This document shows, in pieces, positions 26,100 to 38,405 of a DNA stretch of 64,000 nt. The notes beneath the pieces are model-generated. The model made no database searches. It worked only from the letters and a program-made list of their open reading frames with translations, and was not told where the DNA came from. The stretch is from Hypanus sabinus. Its lineage: Eukaryota. Location: the NCBI RefSeq assembly GCF_030144855.1, contig NC_082711.1, positions 167,586,001 through 167,650,000 on the forward strand, in the 5' to 3' direction. The translations under genes and the position numbers were made by a program. Every line of letters begins with the position of its first letter. The stretch's first letter is position 1.

Positions 26100-26789
26100 A
26101 AGACCGACGCCGCCTCTGTTCATGCAGTTTCGTTGAAACTGCCGGGTTTCTGGACACAGCGACCGAACCTATGGTTCCAGCAAGCCGAAGCCCAATTCCA
26201 CATTCGCCAGATCACCTCAGAAGACACCCGCTACTACTAAGTGGTGAGCTCCCTCTACCAGGACACAGCGGCCCAGGTCGCGGAGTTCGTACAGTCGCCC
26301 CCGGCAGACGGCAAGTACACGGAATTCAAAGCCCTGCTCCTCAGGACTTTCGGACTCCCACAGCGCGAGCGGGCTGCCCATTTACTGCACCTGGATGGCT
26401 TGGGCGACAGACTTCCTTTGGCTTTAATGAATGAGATGTTGTCTCTGGCCGACGGACACACACCCTGCCTCATGTTTGAGCAGGCATTCCTGGAGCAGCT
26501 GCCCGAGGACATATGCCTGCTGTTGTCCAACGCGGATTTCAGTGACCCCCGGAAGGTGGCAGCCCGGGCGGACTTGCTGTGGAACGCCAAAAAGGTGAGC
26601 GGGGCGTCCATCGCACAGATCTCCCAGCCACACTCCCAGCAGCAAACCAGTCCAGGCCCGGCCGCAGAGCCCGCCAACCCCCGGCCCAATGAACACTGGT
26701 GCTTCTACCACCAGCTGTGGGGCGCAGAAGCCCGCCGTTGTCGCCTGCCCTGCAAGTTCCCGGGAAATGCCAGGGCCAGCCACCGCTGA
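26100..26789 (+). pseudogene. gag: Gypsy gag, disrupted
   Basis: Reads TDAASVHAVSLKLPGFW...P.LWFQQAEAQF (DUF7041-like N-terminus). The expected start codon reads AAG and there is an in-frame TAA near 26235. C-terminal C-x2-H-x9-C-x3-C (CFYHQLWGAEARRCRLPC). Confidence 0.88.
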
Positions 26790-29700
26790 TGACTACGGCG
26801 GCTGGCCATCGGGATAGCCTCCTGTATGTGTGGGACAGAAGGTCGGGTCGCCGGTTTTTGGTCGACACTGGTGCCGAGATCAGCGTTTTACTTCGGACGA
26901 GTTACGACACCCGCAGCAGGGCACCGGGGCCCTCCCTGAGGGCCGTGAACGGCAGCACAGTAAGGACCTATGGCACCCGTCAGGTGCAGCGACAGTTCGG
27001 CTCCAGCCAGATCACGTGGGACTTTACACTGGCCGCCGTAGCCCAACCGCTTCTGGGTGCGGATTTTTTGCAGGCTCACAGCCTACTGGTCGACCTGCCC
27101 AGGAAGAGACTGGTACACGCCGAGACCTTTCAGACGTTCTCCCTGGGTGCAGCCCAGTTGCCAGCCCCTCACCTCGGCTCCATCACGCTGTCCGACAACG
27201 ACTTCACCAGGGTCCTGGCGGATTTCCCATCGGTTCTGGCACCGCAGTTCACAGGGGCCATGCCCCGACACGGCGTACAGCACCACATCCCGACCCAGGG
27301 ACCACCCCTCCACGCCCGCGCTCAGCGGCTTCCCCCGGACAAGCTCCGACTGGCGAAGGAGGAGTTCCAGAGGATGGAGAAATTAGGGATCATCCGGCGG
27401 TCCGACAGCCCATGGGCCCAAAGCGACGGGAGGCTGGAGACCATGCGGCGACTACCGCAGGCTGAACGAGGCTACCACACCGGACCACTACCCTGTGCCG
27501 CACATTCAGGACTTTGCAGCAAACCTGCACGGCGCACGGATCTTCTCCAAGGTAGACCTCATCCGAGGGTACCATCAAATCCCGATGCATCCTGACGACG
27601 TCCCCAAAACGGCTCTCATCACCCTGTTTGGCCTTTTCGAGTTCCTCCGCATGCCGTTCGGCCTGAAGAATGCCGCACAGACGTTCCAGCGGTTAATGGA
27701 CGCGGTGGGACAGGACCTGGACTTCGCGTTCACCTATTTGGACGACATCCTCATAGCCAGCAGCAGTCGTCAGGAGCATCTGTCCCACCTCCGTCAACTC
27801 TGCGCCCGACTGAGTGAGTACGGTCTTACAATCAACCCCGCCAAATGCCAGTTCAGAATCAATACCATTGACTTCCTGGGCCACAGAATTACTAAAGACG
27901 GGGCAACCCCTCTGCCCGCTAAGATAGATGCGGTCTGCCACTTCCCCCGACCCACCATGATCAAAGGCCTTCAGGAATTCGTAGGTATGGTCAATTTCTA
28001 CCACCGCTTCCTCCCTTCAGCTGCCCGGATCATGCGCCCCCTGTTCGCCCTGATGTCGGGTCCAAGCAAGGACATTACCTGGGACGAGGAGTCCGCCGCC
28101 GCTTTCGTTCAAACGAAGGAAGCTTTGGCGAACGCCGCAATGCTAGTAGATCCCAGAATGGGCGCCCCCACCGCCCTCACAGTGGACGCATCTAACACGG
28201 CAGTCGGTGGGGTGCTGGAGCAACTCATCGCAGGTCGCTGGCAACCCGCTGGTGCCACCCGAGCTCAAGTACAGTGCTTTCGACTGGGAACTGTTGGCGC
28301 TCTACCTGGCAATCCGGCATTTCAGGTACTTCCTAGAAGGTCGGCCCTTCACCGCGTTCATGGACCACAAACCGCTTACCATTGCGTTTACGAAAGTGTC
28401 CGACCCCTGGTCGTCCCGCCAGCAACGCCACCTGTCCTACATCTCTGAATACACGACGGATGTCCGGCACATCTCGGGTAAGGACAATGTCGTGGCGGAT
28501 GCGCTCTCTCGCCCTACCATTCATGCCCTTTCCCAAGGGGTAGACTTTGAGGCACTGGCAGAGGCACAGCAGGCAGATGAGGAGATTCCGAGATACAGAA
28601 CCGCAGTCTCCGGTTTGCAGCTCCAGGCCCGGGTGAGAGGACCCTACTCTGTGACGTCGCCACCGGCCAGCCCCGTCCCGACAGCCTGGCGGCGCCGTGT
28701 TTTCGACTCCATTCATAACTTGGCGCATCCCTCCATCCGGACGACTGTCCGGATGGTTTCCAGCAGGTTCATTTGCCACGGACTCCGCAAACAGGTCAGT
28801 GAATGGGCCAAAACGTGCATGCACTGCCAGATGGCCAAGGTGCAGCGGCACACCAAAGCCCCACCGCAGCAGTTCCAACCACGGCGTTTCAACCACATTC
28901 ATGTGGATATCGTGGGCCCCCTGCCAGTGTCGCGTGGAGCACGGCACCTCCTGACTATCGTGGACCGGTTCACAAGATGGCCAGAGGCGGTCCCGCTCAC
29001 CGACACCACCTCCGAATCTTGCGCCCGAGCCCTGATCGCCACCTGGATATCTCGCTTTGGTGTACCGGCCCACATTACCTCCGACAGAGGCGCCCAGTTC
29101 ACCTCCAGCCTGTGGTCAGCTATGGCCAGCCTTTTGGGGACTCAGCTGCACCACACAACTGCCTACCACCCACAGTCGAACGGGCTAGTGGAGCGTTTCC
29201 ACCGTCACCTGAAGTCGGCCCTCATGGCCCGCCTGCGAGGAGCCAACTGGGCGGACGAGCTTTCCTGGGTCCTACTTGGCATCCGCACAGCACCCAAAGA
29301 CGACCTACATGCCTCGTCGGCTGAGTTGGTATACGGCGCGCCCCTGGTCGTCCCCGGGGAGTTCCTACCAGCCCCACGGGGGCAAGAGGAAGAAGAGGAA
29401 GATCCCGCAGCAGTCCTGGGCAGACTACGCGAGAAGCTCGGTAACCTGGCCCCCGTACCCACTTCACAGCACGGGCGGAACCCAACCTGCGTACCCAAAG
29501 ACCTGCAGAACTGTAAGTTTGTGTTTGTACGAAGGGGCGGGCATCGGCCACCACTGCAGCGGCCATACGAGGGGCCGTTCATGGTGCTCTGGAACAACGG
29601 GTCCACGTTCGTGCTGGACATTTGGGGGAAAGAGGAGGTTTTCACGGTGGACCGACTCAAACCGGCCCATGTGGACCTGGCGCAACCGGTCGAGTTTCCG

Positions 29701-29934
29701 GCACCTCGGCGCAGAGGCCGACCTCCCAAGCAGGTTCCGGCCCAGACTGTGGACATTGGGGGGTGTATCGCCGTTTCTGGGGGGGGGGGGGTTATGTGGC
29801 GACCCATTTCCTGGCACATCCGAACCGGCTCACAATTAGCCAGCTTTCCGGCTAAGGGAGATAGCCTACGGGAGTTTGCGAGCACAGAGCTTTGGAGCCT
29901 CTGCGCCACGGGGGGCAGGTTGAGGGAGGCTTAA
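26762..29934 (+). pseudogene. pol: Gypsy pol (protease, RT, RNase H, integrase), broken by two frameshifting deletions
   Basis: FLVDTGAEIS protease; RT with MPFGLKNA and YLDD; RH with TVDAS, ELLA and DHKPL; IN with HHCC, HVDIVGPL, TSDRGAQF, GLVERFHR and PYEGPF. The frame switches near 27420 and 28250, where expected motifs are missing. Confidence 0.93.
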
Positions 29935-30029
29935 AAGTGAGGCTGAGGATTTCGAATAAAGTTTTTCCTTCGACTGCAGTTACCGACTCCATGTCGTAAT
30001 TTTAGCGCTGCATGTAGCACACCGCTACA
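29795..30029 (+). repeat. 3' LTR
   Basis: Direct repeat of 25825-26059, preceded by a G13 polypurine tract (29779-29791). Confidence 0.97.
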
Positions 30030-30545
30030 GGCAAATGAATCAGCAGTCTGAGTGACATCTGAGTGTACTATAACCCCGAGGGCACCATGTGTGGAAAAAG
30101 GTGCTTGAATCCCTCGAACCTGGAGAGGCAGTTACATATACTGTATTGAAAGGCAAATGAACATATTTGTCAGTGCATTTGAAGGGAACTCAATCTTTGA
30201 CAGCATAGCTAGAGAAATACGTTCAAAGTATATTTATTATCAAAGTATGTACGGTATACTAATTCAACCTTGAGACACATCTCCTTTCAGTCAGCCACAG
30301 AACAAAGAAACCTAATAGGGCACATTTAAAAGGACTGTCAAACATGCAATGTCCAAAAAAAAAGTTGTTCAATAGAGAATAAGCCAATAATGTTCAGAAC
30401 TAAAGTTCATAAAAGTATGTACACAGCCACAAAGCCAGTTCATTGCTGCAGCTGGTCCCCGTGTTTGTTGGTTGGAGACAACAGCATAATTTCAGAGCAG
30501 AGATGAGTAAATCTCACCAAGCAGTGAACTGAACACTAGTCTGTC

Positions 30546-31190
30546 CTTTTTTTTTACAAAATTCCTTTATTACAAATATTGGTGCGATACAATATATGCA
30601 AAACAGTAACTAACACAATTACTTCACTACATATAGACAATACACATTAAACCAAAATGTTCCCATCACTATCAATGATGGCATTTACACCCTGTGGAGC
30701 CCAGCGGTCCTGGAATGCCTCCAAGGCCGCCGTGGACTGCGCATGTTCCTTTTCAATATTTACCCGAACAAGAACATACCCTCTAAACATTGCCAGGAGT
30801 CTGCCTGGGCAGACCCTCCCACCACCTGTTTCCAAGACCCATGGATGGCTGTTTTCGCCAGCCCCAGGAGCAAGTTGACAAGGACATCCTCATCCCTCCA
30901 TGTTCTCCTCCTTACTGGATGACCGTATATAACTAGGGTGGGGCTAGAGTGCAACCAAAAGACGAGAAGCAGCCCACGCAATTTTGCTAAAAGGGGCTGC
31001 AGCCTCGCACGCTCCAGGTACATGTGGTACACGGTCTCCTCCAGCCCACAGAAATGACATGCAGGTGGGAGATCCGTGTACAAACTAAAGAACTTATTGC
31101 AGGGCACCGCTCTATGCAGAACCCTCCAGCCAAGATCCGCCAGGTGCATAGGAAGAACCCCCTCGTAAAGGGACTTACCTTGCTGTGAGC
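30546..31190 (-). mobile_element. Tx1/L1-clade LINE 3' end
   Basis: WRVLHRAVPCN...CHFCGLEETVYH zf-RVT-like domain; AATAAA plus poly(A), seen as a T-run at 30546. Confidence 0.88.
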
Positions 31191-32419
31191 CCCAACACGC
31201 TGATATTTTCAATGTTCCTGGCATTCTCCATTCCCCATCTGCCCCCAGTCTTTCTATCTATGAAATGACAGCTCATTCTGAGGATAATTCTTACAACATT
31301 GACCACAACTTGCAATTATAAACACTGGAAAATATTTTGTCGTTAAGGTGCTTAATAACAGTTAACAAAATCTGGACCAAAACCATTAGAGGAAGTTGGG
31401 TTTTGAAGGATTTCATGAAGGAGGAAGAAAAGGGAAAGAAGTGGAAATGTTTGGGGGCAGAATTCTGGAGCTTTGGCCGCTGTGTGCCTGATGATAAAAG
31501 AACAATTAAAATTGAGATTACTCAAGAGGCCAAAACTGAAAGAATGTAGACATCTAAGGAGATGAATAGTGTTGCAAGAAATATTCAGTCATAAGGGATG
31601 CATTGACATGTAGTCACCAGTTGCCTGTACTGCGCTGTCTTACAGCAGTCATCGAACAGAAGACAAATGAATGCTATTAAAGGAATTTTTCTGTTTTTGA
31701 AGTGCAATGAAAACGTCATAATTTTCATGTAGAGGTCATGGCCTTTGTGTTAAATGTGAACAGAAATGTAAAATTTTTCCGACCTGTAATCTGTTTGAGA
31801 GGCACTGTCTGGGTACAGAATCCTGTGCCTAACAAGTGTCTGCCGTGACTGAGTGGGAGCAAATGTGAGGTAAATTTTTCATGAATGCCTTTAAATTCTT
31901 TAAAGTGGTGAGAAGGCCTGTATTGATGTGCTAATTCTTTGGGATTGCTTTTCTCCCTTTTCAAAATCTTTGCAACCACTTTTCCACAAACCCCATTGGA
32001 TAAGGTACAGCCATTTGCCTGAGGCACCACAAATTGCCAAGAACTGTTAATAGGTCTGATTTATGTTGCATGGTGACATCTTTGATGAAGTACTTTGTAT
32101 CTGACTGAATTCGTTAGCGTGTTTTGCTTCACGTAATTGTCACTTGTATGATCTGAAAAGGTGAAATCTCAACAGTAGAGAGGAAATCGTAGAAGCACAA
32201 GAGAAAATTAGAATTGCTGTGTATCTATTCCCCACTCTGGCTTCTTATCTCTTCTCACCTGCATATCACCTCTTCCTAGGTTTTCCCCCTCCTTTTTCTC
32301 CCATGGTCCACTTTCCTCTTCTATCAGATTCTCTCCTCTCCAGCTGGTTACCTACCACCCAGCTATCTTCCTTCCTTTCCCTGCCACCTTTTTATTCTGG
32401 CATCTTCCCCCTTTCTTTC

Positions 32420-32457
32420 CAGTCCTGAATAAGGGTCTCGGCTTGAAACGTTGACTG
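32420..32457 (+). ncRNA. Degenerate minimal hammerhead motif
   Basis: CAGTC CTGAATA AGGGTCTCGGCTT GAAACGTT GACTG: perfect stem I (CAGTC/GACTG) and palindromic AACGTT, but one core mutation. Confidence 0.55.
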
Positions 32458-32604
32458 TGTATTCACTTCCCTGGATGCTGCCTGACCTGCCGAGTTCCTC
32501 CAGCATTTTAGTGTTGCTTTGGATTTTCAGTATCTGCAGAATCTCTTATTTTTATAATAAGACTGGTGGCACTGCTGTGCGAGGAACCAACAAATACTTA
32601 AACA

Positions 32605-33690
32605 GTAGAAATTCTGCAGATGCTGGAGATCCAAAGCAACACACATCCACACACAATGCTGGTGGAACTCAGCAGGTCAGGCAGCATCTCTGGAAATGAA
32701 CAGTTGACAAGTGCTACACCTGCCCTTACACTTCCTCCCTCACCACCATTCAGGGCCCCAGACAGTCCTTCCAGGAAACAGTTGAGGCCGGTTCATTGGC
32801 TATATTTAAAAGGAAGTTAGATATGGCCCTTGTGGCTAAAGGGATCGGGGGTATGGAGAGAAGGCAGGTACAGGGTTCTGAGTTGGATGATCAGCCATGA
32901 TCGTACTGAATGGCAGTGCAGGCTCGAAGGGCCGAATGGCCTACTCCTGCACCTATTTTCTATGTTTCTATGACTTCACCTGTGAGTTGGCTGCTGTGAT
33001 ATACTGCGTCTGGTGCTCCTGGTGCGGCCTTCTATATATTGGTGAGACCTGACACAGACTGGGAGACCGTTTCGCTGAACACCTACGCTCGGTCCACCAG
33101 AGAAAGCAGGATCTCCCAGTGGCCACACATTGTAATTCCACATCCCATTGCCATTCTGATATGTCTATCCATGGCCTCCTCTACTGTCAAGATGAAGCTA
33201 CACTCAGGTTGGAGGAACGACACCTTATATTCTCTCTGGGTAGCCTTCAACCTGATAGCATGAACATAGTTTTCTCTAACTTAAGTTAATGCCCCTCCTC
33301 CCCTTCTTGCCCCATCCCTTATTTATTATTCCCTGCCTTTTTTCTCTCTCTCTCTCTCTCTCTCCCTCTCACAATCACTCCTTGTCTACTCTCCATCTTC
33401 CTCTGGTGCTCCCCTCCCCCCTTTTCTCCCTAGGCCTCCCATCCCATGACCCTGTCCCTTCTCCAGCCCTGTATCCCTTTTACCAATCATCTTTCCAGCT
33501 CTTAGCTTCATCCCTCCCCCTCCTCCTATCATTTTGGATCTCTCCCTCCCCCTTTCAAATCTCTTACTATCTCTTCTTTCAGTTGGTCTTGACAAATGGT
33601 CTCGGCCTGACATGTCAACTGTACTTCATCCTGTAGATGCTGCCTGGCCTGCTGCATTCCACAAGCATTTTGTGTGTGTTGCTTGAACAG
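32605..33690 (+). mobile_element. Penelope-like element with inverted 5' pLTR piece and GIY-YIG endonuclease relic; CR1 3' end (about 32776-32970) nested inside
   Basis: FTCE..AVIYCVWCSWCGLLYIGET..RLGDRFAEHLRS at about 32975-33095; 32605-32708 is the inverted copy of the 3' terminus. Another pLTR lies at 32225-32550. Confidence 0.9.
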
Positions 33691-35410
33691 TTGACGTTTT
33701 GGAGCTGAATATTCTCCTGAATCAAATTCATGATTCCATTAGGAAAAGGATGAGTAATTACGAGGCCAAAGGAGAGTAGGACTGACTAGTACAGAGGATT
33801 AAGAATGCAATTTAAGCTTTTATTTCTATTTTAGAAATAACGCATTTTCAAATTGTTGAATTGTGCAGGCATCATCTAAACACTTGCCCTATCAAGTTTC
33901 CTCAAGGACTGCTAAGCTTCAAGAAGGTCAACTTTCATTCTTCTAAACTACAGATGAATATGGGCCCAACCTGCTTGACTTTCCTCATAAAATAACCTTT
34001 ATCCCAGGGATCACACCTTATCTGTACTGCTCCATTATATCTATATTGGTCCCTAAACAAGAAGATCTAAACTGTGCACAATACTACAAATATGGTTTTA
34101 TAGGAGCAAGAATTACTGTTAGATTTAATTTTGTTGATTGAGGGTTTCACCAGCAAATGTGACGTGGAAACTTTTATATGTTTTAGAACATAAAGCATAG
34201 AACAGGACAGCACAAATGTAAGGCTTTTTGGCCCATGGTTTTGAGCTGGCCTTATAACCTAGTCCAAATTCAAACTAATCCTTCCCTCCTGTGTAGCCAT
34301 CCATTTTTCTTTCATCCGTGTGTCTGTCTAATGTTTTGCACCGAGATAAATGTAAATCTAACCTAGGATCAACAAAGATCAACCTAATTCACCAGGTACA
34401 TTCATGTGTATTAGGAATTTGCTGTGGCGTGTTGGTGTGACATGCAACAAAAAACAGCAACTTCAAACAATTATAAAGGATAATGAATTGTATAAAAACA
34501 AATTCGTGAATTAAAGTACGGATAGTGAATAAAATGTGCATAAATGCAAAAAGATCAGCATGGATTTTCAATGTGAACAGCATTATAAAATGTGGTTTAA
34601 AGTCTTTGCAGTTCAGTGATGGGGGACATTGATAGAGGGGGTTGGGGTTTCTAAATTGATCAGATTAACTGCCTAGGAGAAGAAATTTTTTAAGATGGCA
34701 TGAAGCTTTTTGTTTTAATAGCCATATAGTGCTTTCTAAAGGGAGCTTACAGAAAAGGCAGTTTTCCAAACATAGCAATGAGTGTCATTCGACCACTCAG
34801 CATGCTCTCCTGGTCTCGTTGTGGAATGCCATCGTGTATACTGTTCTGAAGGTTCCATTTGTTCATTGTTTCTCACCAATTTGCGTTCTTAACAAAAAGA
34901 TGTTGGCAAAATCGCTGTCTGAAGCACTCATACTGTATGTATTTTGTTCCAATACTTAAGATAAACTGGGTGTTACTAGGCACTCTTCCCGTTTTTAAGA
35001 TCTTTAAAGTGACACTTTTTTTTCAAAAGAAGGATTTGATTTGTTTTTCAGGGGTGAACATTATTTTAAAATGTCTAAATGTTGTGGCATTTGGTAGTCT
35101 AATGGTTAAATTAGTGAGTTTGCTGTCAGAAGTCAGCACCCTTAATCTTAATTAAAATCCCAATGTGGCAGCTGGGCATTAACGGAAGTTAATCTTTTTT
35201 TAAAAAGTAACTGGATAGTCTCAGTAATCATGAAATTACTGCAATTTAAAACTAATCTGGTTTATCAGGGTAGGAAATCTGCTATCCTTGCCTAACTTGG
35301 CCTGTAGGTGTCCACAGGTCTTCTTGGTTCAAAGACGATGTGGGATGAACAATTAATCCTGATATTTCCGATGATGCCCACATCCTGAGAGCAAATAAAT
35401 ATGTTGCTAA

Positions 35411-36004
35411 TGTAACCCTCAGGCTCGGCCAGCACATGTTCGTCTAGGGGGAAAACAGCTTCAGGCCCTGCCAAACTGAGAAATCTCGTTTGTGTGGATG
35501 CTGCGTGATGTGTTGCCCGGTTACAAATCCACACCACAAGATATCCGACAGTACACCATACGCAATTAAAGGATTGAACTTTAACTCTTAATCTGGATAG
35601 AGGGTTACTGAAGAAAATAAAAAGTAAAAGGGCCCATTTTTAAGGAAGAAGTCTATTGCGCATTGTTGGAGCTCACTGTTCGTTCTTTTGTTCCCGTCGG
35701 CCTCCCCCGAATGTAGTCGGCCCTCGGACCCTCGCTCCTCAGTCCACTCCATCTGGTGGTCTTCTGACTCTCTCCATTCGTGTCCTCTCTCTCCATCACT
35801 CCCCGACGAAAGACTACGAAAATCTCTCTTCACAACTCACAAGAAAGAATGTTTCTCCCATTGGATTACATACATTCCAAAGCCCCGTTATCTCTAGTCA
35901 TAACCCAAACATTGCTGCTATGGAGAAACCATTACCTTAGCAGTGAAACATTACATAGAACCCATTACATCAGCCTTAGCAGTGAAACCTTACAGCATGT
36001 TACA
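35411..36004 (-). mobile_element. Solo LTR (594 bp)
   Basis: Termini TGTAAC...GTTACA form a 6-bp inverted repeat, flanked by perfect 4-bp TSD CTAA (35407-35410, 36005-36008). Tandem repeat CCTTAGCAGTGAAAC near the right end. Strand is inferred. Confidence 0.85.
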
Positions 36005-36765
36005 CTAAAACCAATCACTAAGACTGCATAATACATTGTCTGCAATACATTTTAAATGTGGTGAGTTATTCAGAAGAGAGGAGATCTTTACATGAGTACC
36101 TGAGCTGGTGAGGGGAAGTCTTCCTTCCATGCTCAATGTTTAGGAATGTTTTTTTCCACCAAACTTCTGGGGTATAACTCTAACTCCCCTATCCCCTTGC
36201 TGCTAATATGCTTTTTGGCCTGTGTGTGACTCCAGACCCAGAGTAAAGCGGTTCATTTATTTATTTATTTTTTACAGCCTCCTAAAACAAATCCCTCAGT
36301 TGCAGAAGGTATCTCACTGAGGGCAAAGGCAATAGATAGTGCTGGCTTTGGCAGTGACACTTGTGTCTTGTTAATGAGTTTTTTATATAAAGAACGTAGT
36401 ACAGCACAGGAACAGGCCCTTCAGCCCACAATGTTGTGTCGATCAATTAAATTAATAATCAAATTGCTAATCTAAATTCTTCTGCCTACACAATGTCCAT
36501 ATCCTTTAATTTTCCTCACATTCATGTGATTATCTAAATATTTCTGAAAAGTCTCTAATGTACCTGACTCCACCACTACCCCAGAGCAAGGTGGAGCATT
36601 CCAATCACCCAGCGTGTTTTTTTTTAAAAACTTGCCCCTCACTTGCCCTTTGAAATTGCCTCTCTCACCTTCAATGCATGTCCTCTGGGAATAGACATTT
36701 CAATACTTAGAAAAAGATGCTATTTGCTCTATCTATGCTTCTCTTTACCTTATAAACCTCTAACA

Positions 36766-36845
36766 CAGGGGTTCCCAACTGCTTTTATGCCATAGACTAA
36801 TGCCATTAAGCAAGTGGTCTGTGAGCCCCAGGTTAGGAAATCCTA
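36766..36845. mobile_element. 80-bp hAT MITE, second copy, inside a CR1 fragment (about 36390-37045, -)
   Basis: CAGGGGTTCCCAAC start, shared TTTTATGCCAT core, same length as 52057-52136. Confidence 0.75.
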
Positions 36846-37044
36846 ATCTGAGATCAGCCCAGAGAAAACTACCCAAGTTTGTCCAACTACTTATGACAGC
36901 ACATGCCCTCTAATCCAGGCAGCTTCCTGGTAAAACTCTTCCGTACCATCTGCAAAGCCTCGACACGCTTCCTATAATGGGGCGACCAGAACTTGATGCA
37001 ATACTCTAGATGCCGCCTAACTAGAGTTTTATAAAGCCACAATG

Positions 37045-37600
37045 TTCAATAGGTATATTTAATGCCAGAGAAATGTATACAATATACATCCTGAAATTCT
37101 TTTTCTTTGCAAACATCCACAAAAACAGAGGAGTGCCCCAAAGAATGAATGACAGTTAAATGTTAGAACCCCAAAGTCCCCCCAGCTCCCCCTCCCACAC
37201 ACAAACAGCAGCAAGGCAACCACCCCCCAAACTAAAAAACATCAGCACCCTCCACCGAGCGCTCAAGCGTGCAGCAAAGTGTCAGTAAAGACACAGACTT
37301 GCAGTACCCCGACGACAATTCGTTCATCTGGTAATTCGATGTACCACAGGCTATCTCTCTATCCCTAATAAGGGAAAAGAAGAGGTGTCCTCGTTTCACA
37401 GCGAGAGAGTAGACATAACAAACAACTTGCTGATTTTATGATGTTAAAAGTCTGTTGTGTTGCTTTTTCTGAGCTTGCACCCAGGGATTCAGCCCCAGAA
37501 AGGCTCAGGTCTCTGGACACCGAACCCCCGGCAGCTAACCCGCTGCTCCCCATGTTCTTTGTTCTCCCATGATGCCTGTCAGACTTCCAGACTTTCAATA
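37045..37600 (-). repeat. Unclassified non-autonomous retro-like repeat; second copy at 39460-39815
   Basis: Shared ATTTAATGxCAGAGAAATGTATACAATATA...GTGCCCCAAAGAATGAATGACAGTTAAATGTTAGAA...GACACAGACTTGCAGTAC. Confidence 0.7.
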
Positions 37601-37844
37601 TCAATGCTTTGACTTATAAAGACAAGCATGCCATATGCATTCTTAACTGCCCCAGCAACCTGTGCACTATGAACTTGGACCCCCAAGATCCCTCTGCTCC
37701 TCAACTCTGTTAAAGGTCTTGTCCTTTAACAGTCCACTGTCTCTCTAAATTTCACCTACCAAAATGCAACACTTCACGTTTGGCCGGGTTAAACTCCATC
37801 TGCCATTTCTCTGCCCATATCTGCAACTGATCGATATCCTGCTG

Positions 37845-38405
37845 CAACACATACAAATTGCTGGAGGAACTCAATAGGTCAGGCAGCATCTCAGAGAAGA
37901 GTACAGTCGATGTTTCGGCCTAAACCCTTTGGCAGGACTAGAGTAAAAAGCTGAGTAAAGGTGGGGGGGGGGGGAGTGGAGAGACAAACATAAGGTGATA
38001 GGTGAAACTTGGAGGGGGAAGGATGAAGTAAAGAGGTGGGAAGTCGATTGGTGAAAGAGACAGAAGGCTGTGGAAGAAAGAAAAGGGGTGAGGAGCACCA
38101 GAGGGAGGCGATGAGCAAGCAAGGGGATCAGGTGAGAGAGGGAAAACAGGGTGGGGGGGGGGTGGGGGGCATTACCAGAAGACTGAGAAATCGATGTCCA
38201 TGCAATCAGGCTGGAGGCTACCTGAGCGGAATATAAGGTGTTGTTCCTCCAATCTAAGTGTGGCCTCGTCATGACAGTAGAGGATGCCAAGAATGGACAT
38301 TCAGAATGGGAAGTGGAATTTAAATGGGTGTCCACCGGGAGATCCTGCTTTTTTCTGGCAAGACTGAGTGTAGGTGTTTGGCAAACCGGTCTCCCAATCG
38401 GCTCT
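37845..38405 (-). mobile_element. Penelope-like element 3' fragment
   Basis: RLGDRFAKHL...THLNSTSHS...LEEQHLIF on the minus strand; hammerhead-like motif at about 37904-37940. Confidence 0.85.

Larger units (their letters stand above)
25825..30029 (+). mobile_element. Full-structure Ty3/Gypsy LTR retrotransposon, CsRn1/Kabuki-like, coding-defective
   Basis: Two 235-bp LTRs (TG...CA), 4-bp TSD GGCA (25821-25824, 30030-30033), PBS, PPT, and gag-PR-RT-RH-IN order. Confidence 0.97.

Noticed and set aside
26255-29909. Many long antisense and alternative-frame ORFs within the Gypsy element
   Set aside because: Expected from high GC content and few stop codons; no recognisable domain or env-like features.
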